Positions 17,722 through 26,337 of a stretch of 64,000 bases of DNA are shown piece by piece. The first letter of the stretch is position 1; each line of letters opens with the position of its first letter. The notes under the pieces are model-generated. The model saw nothing but the letters and a program-made list of their open reading frames with translations. It did not search any database and had not been told where the DNA came from. The translations under genes were made by a program, and so were the position numbers. This stretch comes from Escherichia phage Ecwhy_1: sequence record MH791411.1. The stretch is one strand, 5' to 3'.

Positions 17722-18333
17722 TTAATATTCGATTGATTCCACTACGCCATCAATAACATTGAATTGATACTCGTTACCCTCAATCAGTGCCGTAATGTTT
17801 TCAGTAGTGAATTGATCCTCATATGCATTCTCTAAATCACGGTACAACTTGCGGGACAATTCACGAATAGTTTCAGTGAGTAGTTCCTCAAGCTCATTAA
17901 CTAACGTTTCTTGTTTTGCGGTTAAATCAGTGTAAGCCGATTCAATGTACCCGCTTACAGTATTCTCATGCGAGTAGTGGGAGTGCGAACGTTTTACACT
18001 CATCGCCAAATCATCTTCATTCAGCAAGTGACGGATTGAGCGATACTTAGTTAATGCTCTTACCTTGCGTAAAAACTTCACTGCGTCAACGTGGTCAGTA
18101 CTGATTGATGCACCGTCACCCTGGGACCAAAAACCACTGAATTGTATTTCAGCGTCATTAATGCCATATTCCGGTAGTACTGTTTCTTTATAGTATTCAA
18201 TTTCACTTTCAGAAAAATAATTGTCGTTTGAGTTTTTTTCACGTTCCCGAACCAGTTCGATAGCTGACGTTTGTTGTTCTGCGTTCAATTCAGAAAAAGC
18301 CATAACATAAGTAGTAGTAGTGATAGTTTTCAT
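17722..18333 (-). CDS. hypothetical acidic protein (203 aa)
   Basis: ORF; SD GAGGGTTAC; tandem promoters with long leader. Confidence 0.65.
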   Translation of the reverse strand: MKTITTTTYVMAFSELNAEQQTSAIELVREREKNSNDNYFSESEIEYYKETVLPEYGINDAEIQFSGFWSQGDGASISTDHVDAVKFLRKVRALTKYRSIRHLLNEDDLAMSVKRSHSHYSHENTVSGYIESAYTDLTAKQETLVNELEELLTETIRELSRKLYRDLENAYEDQFTTENITALIEGNEYQFNVIDGVVESIEY

Positions 18334-18399
18334 TTTGTAACCCTCATTCAGTAGTTGATGTAAGTATTATACGCTTTTAAAAACATTTGTCAAACTATT

Positions 18400-18478
18400 T
18401 TATCAGGGGAGTTTTTCGTGTGCCTTACTCCTGGGCTACTTAACGGGAAGTTACTTATTTCGTTCCCCGTCCTGATGT
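18400..18478 (-). promoter_or_regulatory. conserved structured leader, copy 3
   Basis: Near-identical to 7186-7262. Confidence 0.5.
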
Positions 18479-18557
18479 AAAACATTATACGCCTTTAAAC
18501 ATAGTTTGCAAGTACTTTTTAAAAATAGTTTTCAGTACTGAATAGTAAAAAAAAGTA

Positions 18558-18650
18558 TTGACAGCATTATCAAGTACTGGTATAATATACCCCATGACAA
18601 CAGCTAACCCACCGGGTGCACAATTGTAACTATACTAAACTAATTTTTCT
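18558..18650 (+). ncRNA. candidate small/antisense RNA from a + strand promoter
   Basis: TTGACA-N17-TATAAT then AACCCACCGGGTGCAC; convergent with a - strand promoter at about 18700-18735. Confidence 0.3.
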
Positions 18651-18760
18651 ATAGATACACTCCCGCACCCTATGGGCTACGGCTTATCTGCCAATGAATA
18701 CATTATGCCAGTACTGACAAAATAAGTCAATACCGGCAATTGTAAAGATTTGTAAACTGC

Positions 18761-18997
18761 TTATACTGCAATCGCGTCCAGGCTATAATAATAATAAGTG
18801 CCGTATTGGTGTACTTTATTACCTTTTATTTCAGTACTGAATGAATCCGAACGGTTTGCATATGATGTTAATTTAAAGTACTTTGATTTGCTGATACGTT
18901 GCCATACACCACAGATCCGCTGTAAGTAAGTAGTTTTATTCGTGGTAGTATCTTTTACGGTTTTAACTTCAGTCATATACATATTAGTCATTTTCAT
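18761..18997 (-). CDS. hypothetical protein (78 aa)
   Basis: ORF; SD GGAG (start may be the third codon ATG); promoter + hairpin. Confidence 0.5.
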   Translation of the reverse strand: MKMTNMYMTEVKTVKDTTTNKTTYLQRICGVWQRISKSKYFKLTSYANRSDSFSTEIKGNKVHQYGTYYYYSLDAIAV

Positions 18998-19078
18998 TAC
19001 TCCAGGTTATAGGCGGGAAGAGTTCCCGCTCTCGATGTAAAACATTATACGCCATTAAACATAGTTTGCAAGTACTTT

Positions 19079-19345
19079 TTATTCAAGTACTGCAATCTTT
19101 TTAGTACGGTACACGGTCACGCGGTTGCCCTTTCGGTCGAGCTTTATTTCTACCACTCGACGCGATACACTATCGGGACTTTTTAAGGCCGCTAACCAGT
19201 ACTGTAATGATCTGGCGGTACTACGCTTTACAATGGCCCAACGTTTACCACGTTCCGATTGTACGCCCATATCTTTAAACGTTGCCCCGTCCTGGCGTGC
19301 GGCGATCCGAGCTTGTTCACGCGTCGCAAAATACTTAATTTTCAT
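19079..19345 (-). CDS. hypothetical protein (88 aa), paralog of 5669-6064
   Basis: Trimmed to MKIKYF start; SD AAGGGCAAC. Confidence 0.6.
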   Translation of the reverse strand: MKIKYFATREQARIAARQDGATFKDMGVQSERGKRWAIVKRSTARSLQYWLAALKSPDSVSRRVVEIKLDRKGNRVTVYRTKKIAVLE

Positions 19346-19431
19346 GCTGTTGCCCTTATCGTTGGTGTATGAATAAAACACTATTATAAAGTACTATCGC
19401 AAAAAAATGATAGTACTTTAAATAAATTCTA

Positions 19432-19671
19432 TTACATTCCAACCATCGCCGCACGGATCGCAGTAGTGCTATATTTGAATCCGTCCGGTGTTTTATCTTG
19501 TCCAGTCTGTTCTAAAAATAACATCATATGACGGGCCGCATCATTGCGATTAGTGCTATCGTTAATAAAGTCCTGGGCCAACCGATACAATCCCTCATCG
19601 TTATTAATCCAAAGGCTTACATTCCAATGAGTTTTGTTTTTGTGACCTAAGAACATTTTTGATTTAGCCAT
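19432..19671 (-). CDS. hypothetical protein (79 aa), paralog of 17392-17631
   Basis: Trimmed to MAKSKMF start; promoter+hairpin. Confidence 0.6.
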   Translation of the reverse strand: MAKSKMFLGHKNKTHWNVSLWINNDEGLYRLAQDFINDSTNRNDAARHMMLFLEQTGQDKTPDGFKYSTTAIRAAMVGM

Positions 19672-19764
19672 TTTTTTAATCCTCTTATATAGTGGGGAAC
19701 TATTCCCCACCTGATGTAAAACATTATACGCCATTAAACATAGTTTGCAAGTACTTTATTAAAC

Positions 19765-20127
19765 TTATTTGTAAATTTTGCCACTGTCAGCCCATACCAG
19801 GAAACGAGGCATATTATCCCATGCATCTTGTTTTAAGTTTAAGCCGTGCAATTCCTCAGTTGTTGCCATCCCTGGTACTGGCTTACTACACACCGCGAAA
19901 TTTTCGCCCATATACTGATAAACCATCGTCAAATCATTTGAGATCATTATATGGATCATTGAATCCAGCATCAAAGTAGCGGCGTATTGTTCACGCTTAA
20001 GCGGCAACATTGCAATAAGTTCCCGATAAGCTGCAATGTGAATTTTTACAGTTTCAGCCGGAAGACCTTTCATCTCATCGCGGAAGTTTACCAGGTTAAG
20101 CATGATTTTATTGATTTGAGTCGCCAT
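19765..20127 (-). CDS. hypothetical protein (120 aa)
   Basis: Trimmed to MATQINK start; promoter+hairpin. Confidence 0.6.
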   Translation of the reverse strand: MATQINKIMLNLVNFRDEMKGLPAETVKIHIAAYRELIAMLPLKREQYAATLMLDSMIHIMISNDLTMVYQYMGENFAVCSKPVPGMATTEELHGLNLKQDAWDNMPRFLVWADSGKIYK

Positions 20128-20242
20128 CGTTTTAATCTCTCTTAATGTGTAGCGGGAAGTGTTCCCGCTCTCGATGTAAAACATTATACGCTTTTATCAG
20201 TACGGTGCAAGTACTTTCTACAAATACTTTTAAAATAGTTTT

Positions 20243-20329
20243 CTTTCTATATAGGAGTACTATTATTCAGTACTGCAATCATCCAGGGGAACTATCTTTC
20301 TATATAGGAGTACTATTATTCAGTACTGA
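20243..20329. repeat. 34-bp direct repeat, two copies
   Basis: TCTTTCTATATAGGAGTACTATTATTCAGTACTG at about 20243 and 20296. Confidence 0.6.
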
Positions 20330-20490
20330 ATCAATCCACTAAATCATCCCTATACCCCGTAAAACGTCCTCAGACGCATTCTAACGCATTAATACACATA
20401 AGCTATACATTTGCACCATTCCAATCATTCCAGGGCTTTACAGGCCGTTTAAACGCGTTAAATTATTTTCAATTATTTTGTTTTTAGGTA

Positions 20491-20600
20491 TTGACTTGAT
20501 CCTGAAAAAGCGTATAATTACTACATAGACGCGAGAAAGCGGATACCCCAGGGGGTGGGAAGATCCGTCCAAAATTCAAGATATAAAAAAAGGATACACT
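20491..20600 (+). ncRNA. candidate + strand transcript in the non-coding region
   Basis: TTGACT-N16-TATAAT; leader with CCCCAGGGGGTGGG and GATCCGTCC. Confidence 0.3.
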
Positions 20601-20706
20601 CCCGCACCCTAGCAGGTAAACGCACTTTCTCAGTACTGAAATATAGTACCATAGTCCGGCCCAGGATAGCAAGCAAATTAATTAAAACTTTTTTGCTTCC
20701 AGGGTA

Positions 20707-20800
20707 TTGCTTTATTTTTCCAGTACTGTATAATAGTTCCATCAAGTCGAGAAAGACTCAAGCCCACCGGGTGCATAGTTACGCCCAAAATTCAGTACTG
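20707..20800 (+). ncRNA. candidate + strand transcript in the non-coding region
   Basis: TTGCTT..TGTATAAT (extended -10); leader CCATCAAGTCGAGAAAGACTCAAGCCCACCGGGTGC. Confidence 0.3.
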
Positions 20801-20954
20801 AAAAAATTTTTAAAAATATCCGGCCAGGCCGTTGACATTGCCCCCAGTTTATAAGATAATGATTCCAGATTCAGAAAAATCTAACACCAGATACTGCGGG
20901 GAAACTATCCCCACGCGGTAGGGGAACTATTGGAAAAAACAAAATAAAATTTTG

Positions 20955-21145
20955 ATTTAGCCGTCTATACTTCCAGACGTGTAACCATCTAGCCGTTTAG
21001 CCGTCCAAACGTCTAGCCATCCAGCCATCCAGAAATCTAGCCGTTTAGCCGTCTAGATGGATAGCCATCTTTACTTCCAGACTTCTGGAGGGCTAGACAT
21101 ATCTACGCCCAAAATCCATCCAGGGTAACTACGCCCAAAATCCGT
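20955..21145. repeat. iteron-like cluster of short direct and inverted repeats
   Basis: About 10 copies of TAGCCGT/TAGCCAT in about 120 bp; CTACGCCCAAAATCC twice; palindromes CCAGA..TCTGG, GATGG..CCATC. Confidence 0.5.
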
Positions 21146-22166
21146 CAGTACTATACCATAGATCTATCTTTTGAAAGGGAGTATTCAGTACTGCCATCAT
21201 AGCCCTCACTATGTTACCCTAGGAGGATGAAGACCATCATGTAGTACTGAATACTGTTAGAGGGAATCCACCAGCTTGTGCTGGTGGCATAATGCTTTAG
21301 ATTAAAATCAGTACTGACACCATTCTGTTAATATCAGTACTGTTATTACGATTTTCATATGAGGTTCAAAAAGATGTACCACCACAGGAGGAACTATCTT
21401 TTCTGTACTGTCTCACGACAGGAGGTAGAGTAAATGAATTGTTCGCAGCAACTCATCACCCTATGTAGAACATTATACAGTACTGAATCATAAAGTCAAT
21501 AACTTTCTTTCATCTTTCAGTACTGATATTCTTGAGAACTACCCGACTACAAACATCATTATATCCCACAAATCATAAACGTCCCAACGTAAATTTCAAC
21601 TTTCGAAGATCCAACTTTTATTTCATAGGTACTCCAAAATTTTTAGGATCGAGATTTAGGATGGAGTACTAACCAACTTTTTGCTGGAGCCTCAAGGGGT
21701 AATGGAATTTTACCCCGAAGGGTAAAGGGGTAATTGAAATTAAGGTGAAAGTAATAATTCAGTACTAATCATTGCGTGATTACTTTTGATTACATTTGAT
21801 GTAATTTGCAAAATGGAAAAGGAGCTTGGAAACTACAAAGTACGGCAGACTTCCTCTGCCTACTTAGTGGGATATCGCCACCTTCAGTACTGAATACTTT
21901 TAGGGCAGTACTGAATCCTTCCCTAGCATTCTTGAGTAATCTTGTCTATAATAATCAGTACTGAATCATATATAATCATTCTGTGATTCTACGGTGCTCA
22001 TATAAATGTTTATATATGATTACTTATGACTACATATGATTACGGGGTTTAGCCTGGGGAGAATCCTAGTGATCGCATTTGTCCAGGCTGAATTTTAACA
22101 ATTCTTCTAATTGTTAAAGCCTGTCCAATGCTTTCCCTGCGGAGCTTCCCCTGTCTATATGTTGAA

Positions 22167-22373
22167 TTACTTCCTATATATAAGCATTAACATATAGTAG
22201 TACTGATTATGCTGTACATTCTCTTTAATATTATAAGGGTCTATAGCAATCTCGGTACATCTGTTAAATGCATATCTATTAAATGCCAGTACTATTATAG
22301 ATCTAATCCATGCTTGGTCAGTCGGTGGTAGTTTACTTATATAGTACTCTTTATAGTTTTTTATGTTCTGCAT
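22167..22373 (-). CDS. small paralog family member (68 aa)
   Basis: Tandem family; N-terminal (K/E)EYY motif, hydrophobic C-terminus. Confidence 0.55.
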   Translation of the reverse strand: MQNIKNYKEYYISKLPPTDQAWIRSIIVLAFNRYAFNRCTEIAIDPYNIKENVQHNQYYYMLMLIYRK

Positions 22374-22384
22374 AGTATACCTTA

Positions 22385-22576
22385 TTATTTCAAAGTACCA
22401 TATAGTACTCTTAATAGGAAGTAGTACGTATTAGAGATATCATTAGTAGTTAAAACAATCTTTGTACACATATTAAATTCGTATTGAGTCATTGCCAGGG
22501 GGATTAAATTGTTAACCCATGCTTGTTCGTTTTCTTTTAGTTTACTTATATAGAAATCTTTATGTTCTTTATTCAT
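22385..22576 (-). CDS. small paralog family member (63 aa)
   Basis: Tandem family; MNKEHKDFY start. Confidence 0.55.
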   Translation of the reverse strand: MNKEHKDFYISKLKENEQAWVNNLIPLAMTQYEFNMCTKIVLTTNDISNTYYFLLRVLYGTLK

Positions 22577-22778
22577 ATAGGAATAGTATACCTATGATGC
22601 CGGAGTACATATTAGTACTGTTATTATTGTCGTTTGCGTTTAAAGTCATTTGAATACAATTATTGTAGCATACTCTGCCGAAATAAGTATCAGTACTTAA
22701 AGGTGCTGTAGTCCTTAGAAACATTTGTTCTGTGGGGCTGAGGTGTTTGGAGTAGAATTCTTTATGTTCTTTATTCAT
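22569..22778 (-). CDS. small paralog family member (69 aa)
   Basis: Tandem family; near-duplicate of 23152-23358. Confidence 0.55.
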   Translation of the reverse strand: MNKEHKEFYSKHLSPTEQMFLRTTAPLSTDTYFGRVCYNNCIQMTLNANDNNNSTNMYSGIIGILFLYE

Positions 22779-22783
22779 ATTAG

Positions 22784-22969
22784 TTAGTGTCTGTATATAA
22801 GTAATAGTAAGAATACGTACTGCACCTGTTCATCTTTAGTATTGAGTACTGTACGTATTGCGTCATGGAACAAGAATATAGTACTTGGGTCATTAGAATT
22901 TAAGGGGTTTACGGGGACGGCGTGTTTGTAGTTCCCTTTAACAAATTGTGTGTAGTATTCTCTATGCAT
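22784..22969 (-). CDS. small paralog family member (61 aa)
   Basis: Tandem family; MHREYYTQF start. Confidence 0.55.
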   Translation of the reverse strand: MHREYYTQFVKGNYKHAVPVNPLNSNDPSTIFLFHDAIRTVLNTKDEQVQYVFLLLLIYRH

Positions 22970-22970
22970 A

Positions 22971-23159
22971 TCAGTACCTATATATTAGGGCGAGAATGTA
23001 GTACAGTTTATATGTATTATAATCTGGGTTGATAGCACATAGTGTGTGGTAGTGGAATTGTTTGGTATTTTTCTTATCCTTGATATCTATTGGGTTTAGT
23101 GGTATAAGCATTTGGGAGTTTAGTTCCAGATGGTTTAAGTAGAATTCTTTGTTATTCAT
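22971..23159 (-). CDS. small paralog family member (62 aa)
   Basis: Tandem family; C-terminus LALIYRY. Confidence 0.55.
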   Translation of the reverse strand: MNNKEFYLNHLELNSQMLIPLNPIDIKDKKNTKQFHYHTLCAINPDYNTYKLYYILALIYRY

Positions 23160-23358
23160 AGAAGAATATTAGTCCCATTACGCCTGAGTACTGAATATTT
23201 TTGTTATTGTTTTCTAAAGCTTCTAGAGTAATACGTATACAATTATTAAAGCAATCTCTGGCGTGTGGTGTATCTAAACTTAAAGGTGATACACTCCTTA
23301 GAAACATTTGTTCTGATGCACTGAGGTGTTTGGTGTAAAATTCTTTCTGTTCGTTCAT
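23152..23358 (-). CDS. small paralog family member (68 aa)
   Basis: Tandem family. Confidence 0.55.
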   Translation of the reverse strand: MNEQKEFYTKHLSASEQMFLRSVSPLSLDTPHARDCFNNCIRITLEALENNNKNIQYSGVMGLIFFYE

Positions 23359-23368
23359 ATTGGCCTCT

Positions 23369-23557
23369 TTAGTACACGAAAGCTAGGTACAGGGTATGAT
23401 ACAGTACTCGATGATAGCTATCAAAATCTAGTATACATGCTTTAGTGCACATAGTAAAGTACACTTTATCGTTTTGAGCATTGATACCGCGAGGTTTATC
23501 TAATAGATTAGTACTGAGGTACATTGGGAAATATTTTGTGTAGTATTCTTTATGCAT
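23369..23557 (-). CDS. small paralog family member (62 aa)
   Basis: Trimmed to MHKEYY start. Confidence 0.5.
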   Translation of the reverse strand: MHKEYYTKYFPMYLSTNLLDKPRGINAQNDKVYFTMCTKACILDFDSYHRVLYHTLYLAFVY

Positions 23558-23558
23558 A

Positions 23559-23747
23559 TTAGTACCTGAATATAAGTAGGATAGTGTTATATAATTGGTC
23601 ATAGCTACTACTATTTTCTATACTGCGTTCTATGCAATTATTGAATCCCAGTACTGCCAAATCGTTATCCAGGGGGACTTTATATCTGGCGTAGTGTTCA
23701 AAAATACTGGGGAGAAATTGTGTGTAGTATTCTTTGTGGTTGTTCAT
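23559..23747 (-). CDS. small paralog family member (62 aa)
   Basis: Tandem family; MNNHKEYY start. Confidence 0.55.
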   Translation of the reverse strand: MNNHKEYYTQFLPSIFEHYARYKVPLDNDLAVLGFNNCIERSIENSSSYDQLYNTILLIFRY

Positions 23748-23748
23748 A

Positions 23749-23940
23749 TTAGTACTTATATATTAGTAAAAGGATGTGATACAGTACTCTATTATAGTCC
23801 TCAATATCTATCGAGGATTTAGTGCACTTAATGAAATAGTCTTTTTCGTAGTCTTTTTCTATACTCAATTGTTTTGTTGGTACAAGGTGTTGGAGATACA
23901 TTGGGAGTTTCTCTATGTAGTATTCTTTGTGGTTATTCAT
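23749..23940 (-). CDS. small paralog family member (63 aa)
   Basis: Tandem family; MNNHKEYY start. Confidence 0.55.
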   Translation of the reverse strand: MNNHKEYYIEKLPMYLQHLVPTKQLSIEKDYEKDYFIKCTKSSIDIEDYNRVLYHILLLIYKY

Positions 23941-23948
23941 ATTATGTG

Positions 23949-24122
23949 TTATTTCGTGAAAACAAGGGTTAGTACTGCATAGTACAAGTCATACGTATCT
24001 TTAGGGTTAATAGCACCTTTAATACATTCTTTCATTACTTCATTATAGATAATTTTAGTACTGAATGTATTGGATGTTACTATATCGGAATTAAGGTACG
24101 AGAGGTAGAATTCTTTATACAT
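23949..24122 (-). CDS. small paralog family member (57 aa)
   Basis: Trimmed to MYKEFY start. Confidence 0.5.
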   Translation of the reverse strand: MYKEFYLSYLNSDIVTSNTFSTKIIYNEVMKECIKGAINPKDTYDLYYAVLTLVFTK

Positions 24123-24774
24123 AGTTTGTAATATACGTAATGAGGTGATGAAATTTCTTATCAGTACTGATAAGTTCCTGTACATGTTTTGTTAGTTTGT
24201 ACGCGTTTTTATAGAGTCCTGGATTATCGATTACAGTACTGTACATGAATTCTTCTTCCTCGGATAATTCTTTGTGTTCTAGTTCTTTGAGGAATTGCAG
24301 TACTGTATCAGTTTCGTTAGTACGTTGCTTTTGGAAGAAGTGCATGTTATCGTGTATTTTTTCTGAACCCATGCAGTACATATCGCCGATTTGGAATTGT
24401 GCAGTACTGATATCATGGGTGCTATTACAATTCCCGAAGAAGTATACATTCCCGAAAGATAGAATTATAGTGCACGGGATATTATCCATGTGTATATAGA
24501 TAGATGCATTCTTTAGTGCTTTTGTGCTGGTATTAGTACTCAATACTTTTAAATCAGTATTATAGATATTAATAAAAGCAAGAGCTATATTATTTTTCTT
24601 CAAGTACGATTTGAGGTTCTTAGATACGAGAACATTTCTGGATTTTTTCTTTTTATTTCGTTTCTTTAGTACATTTGGGTCGTAAGTATATACTGGTGTA
24701 AAAGATTCTGCTTGAATACTGTTGAGGTATTTAAAGTGCTTAAGGTATTGTTTACTGTGTGCATTAAGTTTCAT
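24115..24774 (-). CDS. hypothetical protein (219 aa) embedded in the small-paralog array
   Basis: ORF; Lys-rich central region; no family motif. Confidence 0.55.
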   Translation of the reverse strand: MKLNAHSKQYLKHFKYLNSIQAESFTPVYTYDPNVLKKRNKKKKSRNVLVSKNLKSYLKKNNIALAFINIYNTDLKVLSTNTSTKALKNASIYIHMDNIPCTIILSFGNVYFFGNCNSTHDISTAQFQIGDMYCMGSEKIHDNMHFFQKQRTNETDTVLQFLKELEHKELSEEEEFMYSTVIDNPGLYKNAYKLTKHVQELISTDKKFHHLITYITNYV

Positions 24775-24785
24775 TTGGTTTTCCT

Positions 24786-24965
24786 TTATACAGATGCGAG
24801 AGCGAGGATTTCCCTGAAGGGATTATCTTTTGTTAGTGCGTGATGAATGCAGCTATTGAGATTAATATTTTTAGTACTGTTAGTTGCCAGGTTGTAGTAC
24901 TTCACGAAGGTGTCGTACATGAAACGGTCTTTAATGCTTATGTGTTCTATATAGTATTCTTGCAT
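24786..24965 (-). CDS. small paralog family member (59 aa, not in track)
   Basis: MQEYYIEH start; SD AAGGAATAAT. Confidence 0.45.
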   Translation of the reverse strand: MQEYYIEHISIKDRFMYDTFVKYYNLATNSTKNINLNSCIHHALTKDNPFREILALASV

Positions 24966-24973
24966 ATTATTCC

Positions 24974-25162
24974 TTACATAGAGATGAGTTTCAGTACATC
25001 AATATACATATAACGTTCAGATGACATTACACGGGTAGTGATAATCTCAATCGATATATTTTTAATTCCATGTGCAGATGATTGATGGTGCTGAATAAAT
25101 GAGTTGTGCATACTTTGTTCTATGTGGTTTAGTTTATTGAAGTAGTACTCAAAAGTGTTCAT
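24974..25162 (-). CDS. small paralog family member (62 aa)
   Basis: MNTFEYY start; C-terminus VLKLISM. Confidence 0.55.
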   Translation of the reverse strand: MNTFEYYFNKLNHIEQSMHNSFIQHHQSSAHGIKNISIEIITTRVMSSERYMYIDVLKLISM

Positions 25163-25169
25163 GTCTACC

Positions 25170-25349
25170 TTAGATTGAGATTAGTTTAAGTACTTCTCTG
25201 TACGTGTACTTTTCGTTTTGTGCTTCTACTGTACATGATAGTAGGTATCGTTTTTTATCTCTTTTGTTCCCGACTGTGTAGTACCTTTGGAATTTATTAT
25301 AGTTGTATCTATCTTTGTGCTGGAGGTTATAGATATAGAATTCTTGCAT
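25170..25349 (-). CDS. small paralog family member (59 aa, not in track)
   Basis: MQEFYIYN start; C-terminus REVLKLISI. Confidence 0.45.
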   Translation of the reverse strand: MQEFYIYNLQHKDRYNYNKFQRYYTVGNKRDKKRYLLSCTVEAQNEKYTYREVLKLISI

Positions 25350-25357
25350 AGAGTACC

Positions 25358-25543
25358 TTATATTGCTATCAGTTTGAGTACTTCAATATATGTGCGGTAC
25401 TCTGCTTTAATTAAATTTGTACACACTGTAAGGGAATTTCTTTGTATAAGTTTATTGCCGCTTTTATACGCATTTCTCCACACATAGAGATGAGATCTTT
25501 CAGGCATAGATAGTTTATTTGTATAGTACTCAAATGTATTCAT
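25358..25543 (-). CDS. small paralog family member (61 aa)
   Basis: MNTFEYY start. Confidence 0.55.
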   Translation of the reverse strand: MNTFEYYTNKLSMPERSHLYVWRNAYKSGNKLIQRNSLTVCTNLIKAEYRTYIEVLKLIAI

Positions 25544-25551
25544 ATATTACC

Positions 25552-25755
25552 TCAAATAGAGATTAGTTTAAGTACTTCTCTGTATGTGTACTTTTCGTTT
25601 TGTGCATCTCTTGTGCTTGTATATAGGTATCCTCGACGATATTTGTTGCTCCCGTTCTTGTAGTTGAATTCGAACTTATTGTAGATGAATCTATCGCCAG
25701 GCTGTAATTTACTTAAGTACAATTCAATGCTCATAGTATTCTCTTTACATATCAA
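25552..25755 (-). CDS. small paralog family member (67 aa; start may be internal MSIELY)
   Basis: C-terminus REVLKLISI. Confidence 0.5.
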   Translation of the reverse strand: MICKENTMSIELYLSKLQPGDRFIYNKFEFNYKNGSNKYRRGYLYTSTRDAQNEKYTYREVLKLISI

Positions 25756-25930
25756 TAAGTTTCAGTACTGCTCTGTACGTGTACTTAGTTGTTAGTGCTT
25801 CTTTTATAGCAATACAGAAGTAATGTTGTTTGTCTCTTATACTACCGCGTTTGTAGTACCATACATTGGAGTTGTGGGTGTACTTGTCCCTGTCGGATAG
25901 ATTTAGGTAATAGTATAATATATGATTCAT
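25745..25930 (-). CDS. small paralog family member (61 aa)
   Basis: C-terminus RAVLKLIDM. Confidence 0.55.
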   Translation of the reverse strand: MNHILYYYLNLSDRDKYTHNSNVWYYKRGSIRDKQHYFCIAIKEALTTKYTYRAVLKLIDM

Positions 25931-26139
25931 GGTAATGTAATTAGCCTTATTATGTTAAAGTACTCGGTCCCTGGTACACCTTGTAGAATATTATCAACTA
26001 CATTTTCTTGGTGCAGGATTAATACATTCGGTGCGGTTCTTTTAAGGTTTTTTAAAGTACTGTATTCTTGTTTAAGGATGAACTGTACATCTTTAGGGAG
26101 AATATCTAAGTAGTACTGGTGTATGTTCATAGTTTTCAT
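25927..26139 (-). CDS. small paralog family member (70 aa)
   Basis: MKTMNIHQYY start. Confidence 0.55.
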   Translation of the reverse strand: MKTMNIHQYYLDILPKDVQFILKQEYSTLKNLKRTAPNVLILHQENVVDNILQGVPGTEYFNIIRLITLP

Positions 26140-26150
26140 ATAGTACTCTT

Positions 26151-26336
26151 TTAGAACTTAAAGATGAGGTTCATGATAGATAAGTACTTAGTTTCAGGAA
26201 ATTGATGTTCTATTGCATAACGTGTCTCCAGTCTGAAGTCAAATTTATAAAAGGGACTATTCATATCCATAGGTTCATTGGGAAATGAATCTCTGTATTG
26301 TTTGTGCAGCTTACTACAGTAGAATTCTTTATACAT
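26151..26336 (-). CDS. small paralog family member (61 aa)
   Basis: MYKEFY start. Confidence 0.55.
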   Translation of the reverse strand: MYKEFYCSKLHKQYRDSFPNEPMDMNSPFYKFDFRLETRYAIEHQFPETKYLSIMNLIFKF

Positions 26337-26337
26337 A

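Noticed and set aside
20484-20854. Track ORFs in the non-coding region (20484-20672, 20521-20745, 20555-20854)
   Set aside because: No SD, mutually overlapping, low-complexity translations of repeat and promoter sequence; the region is better explained as regulatory or origin-like.
20185-22166. tRNA genes in the non-coding region
   Set aside because: No cloverleaf-compatible segment with a GTTCRANYC T-loop and acceptor stem was found by eye; tRNAscan-SE would be needed to exclude them formally.
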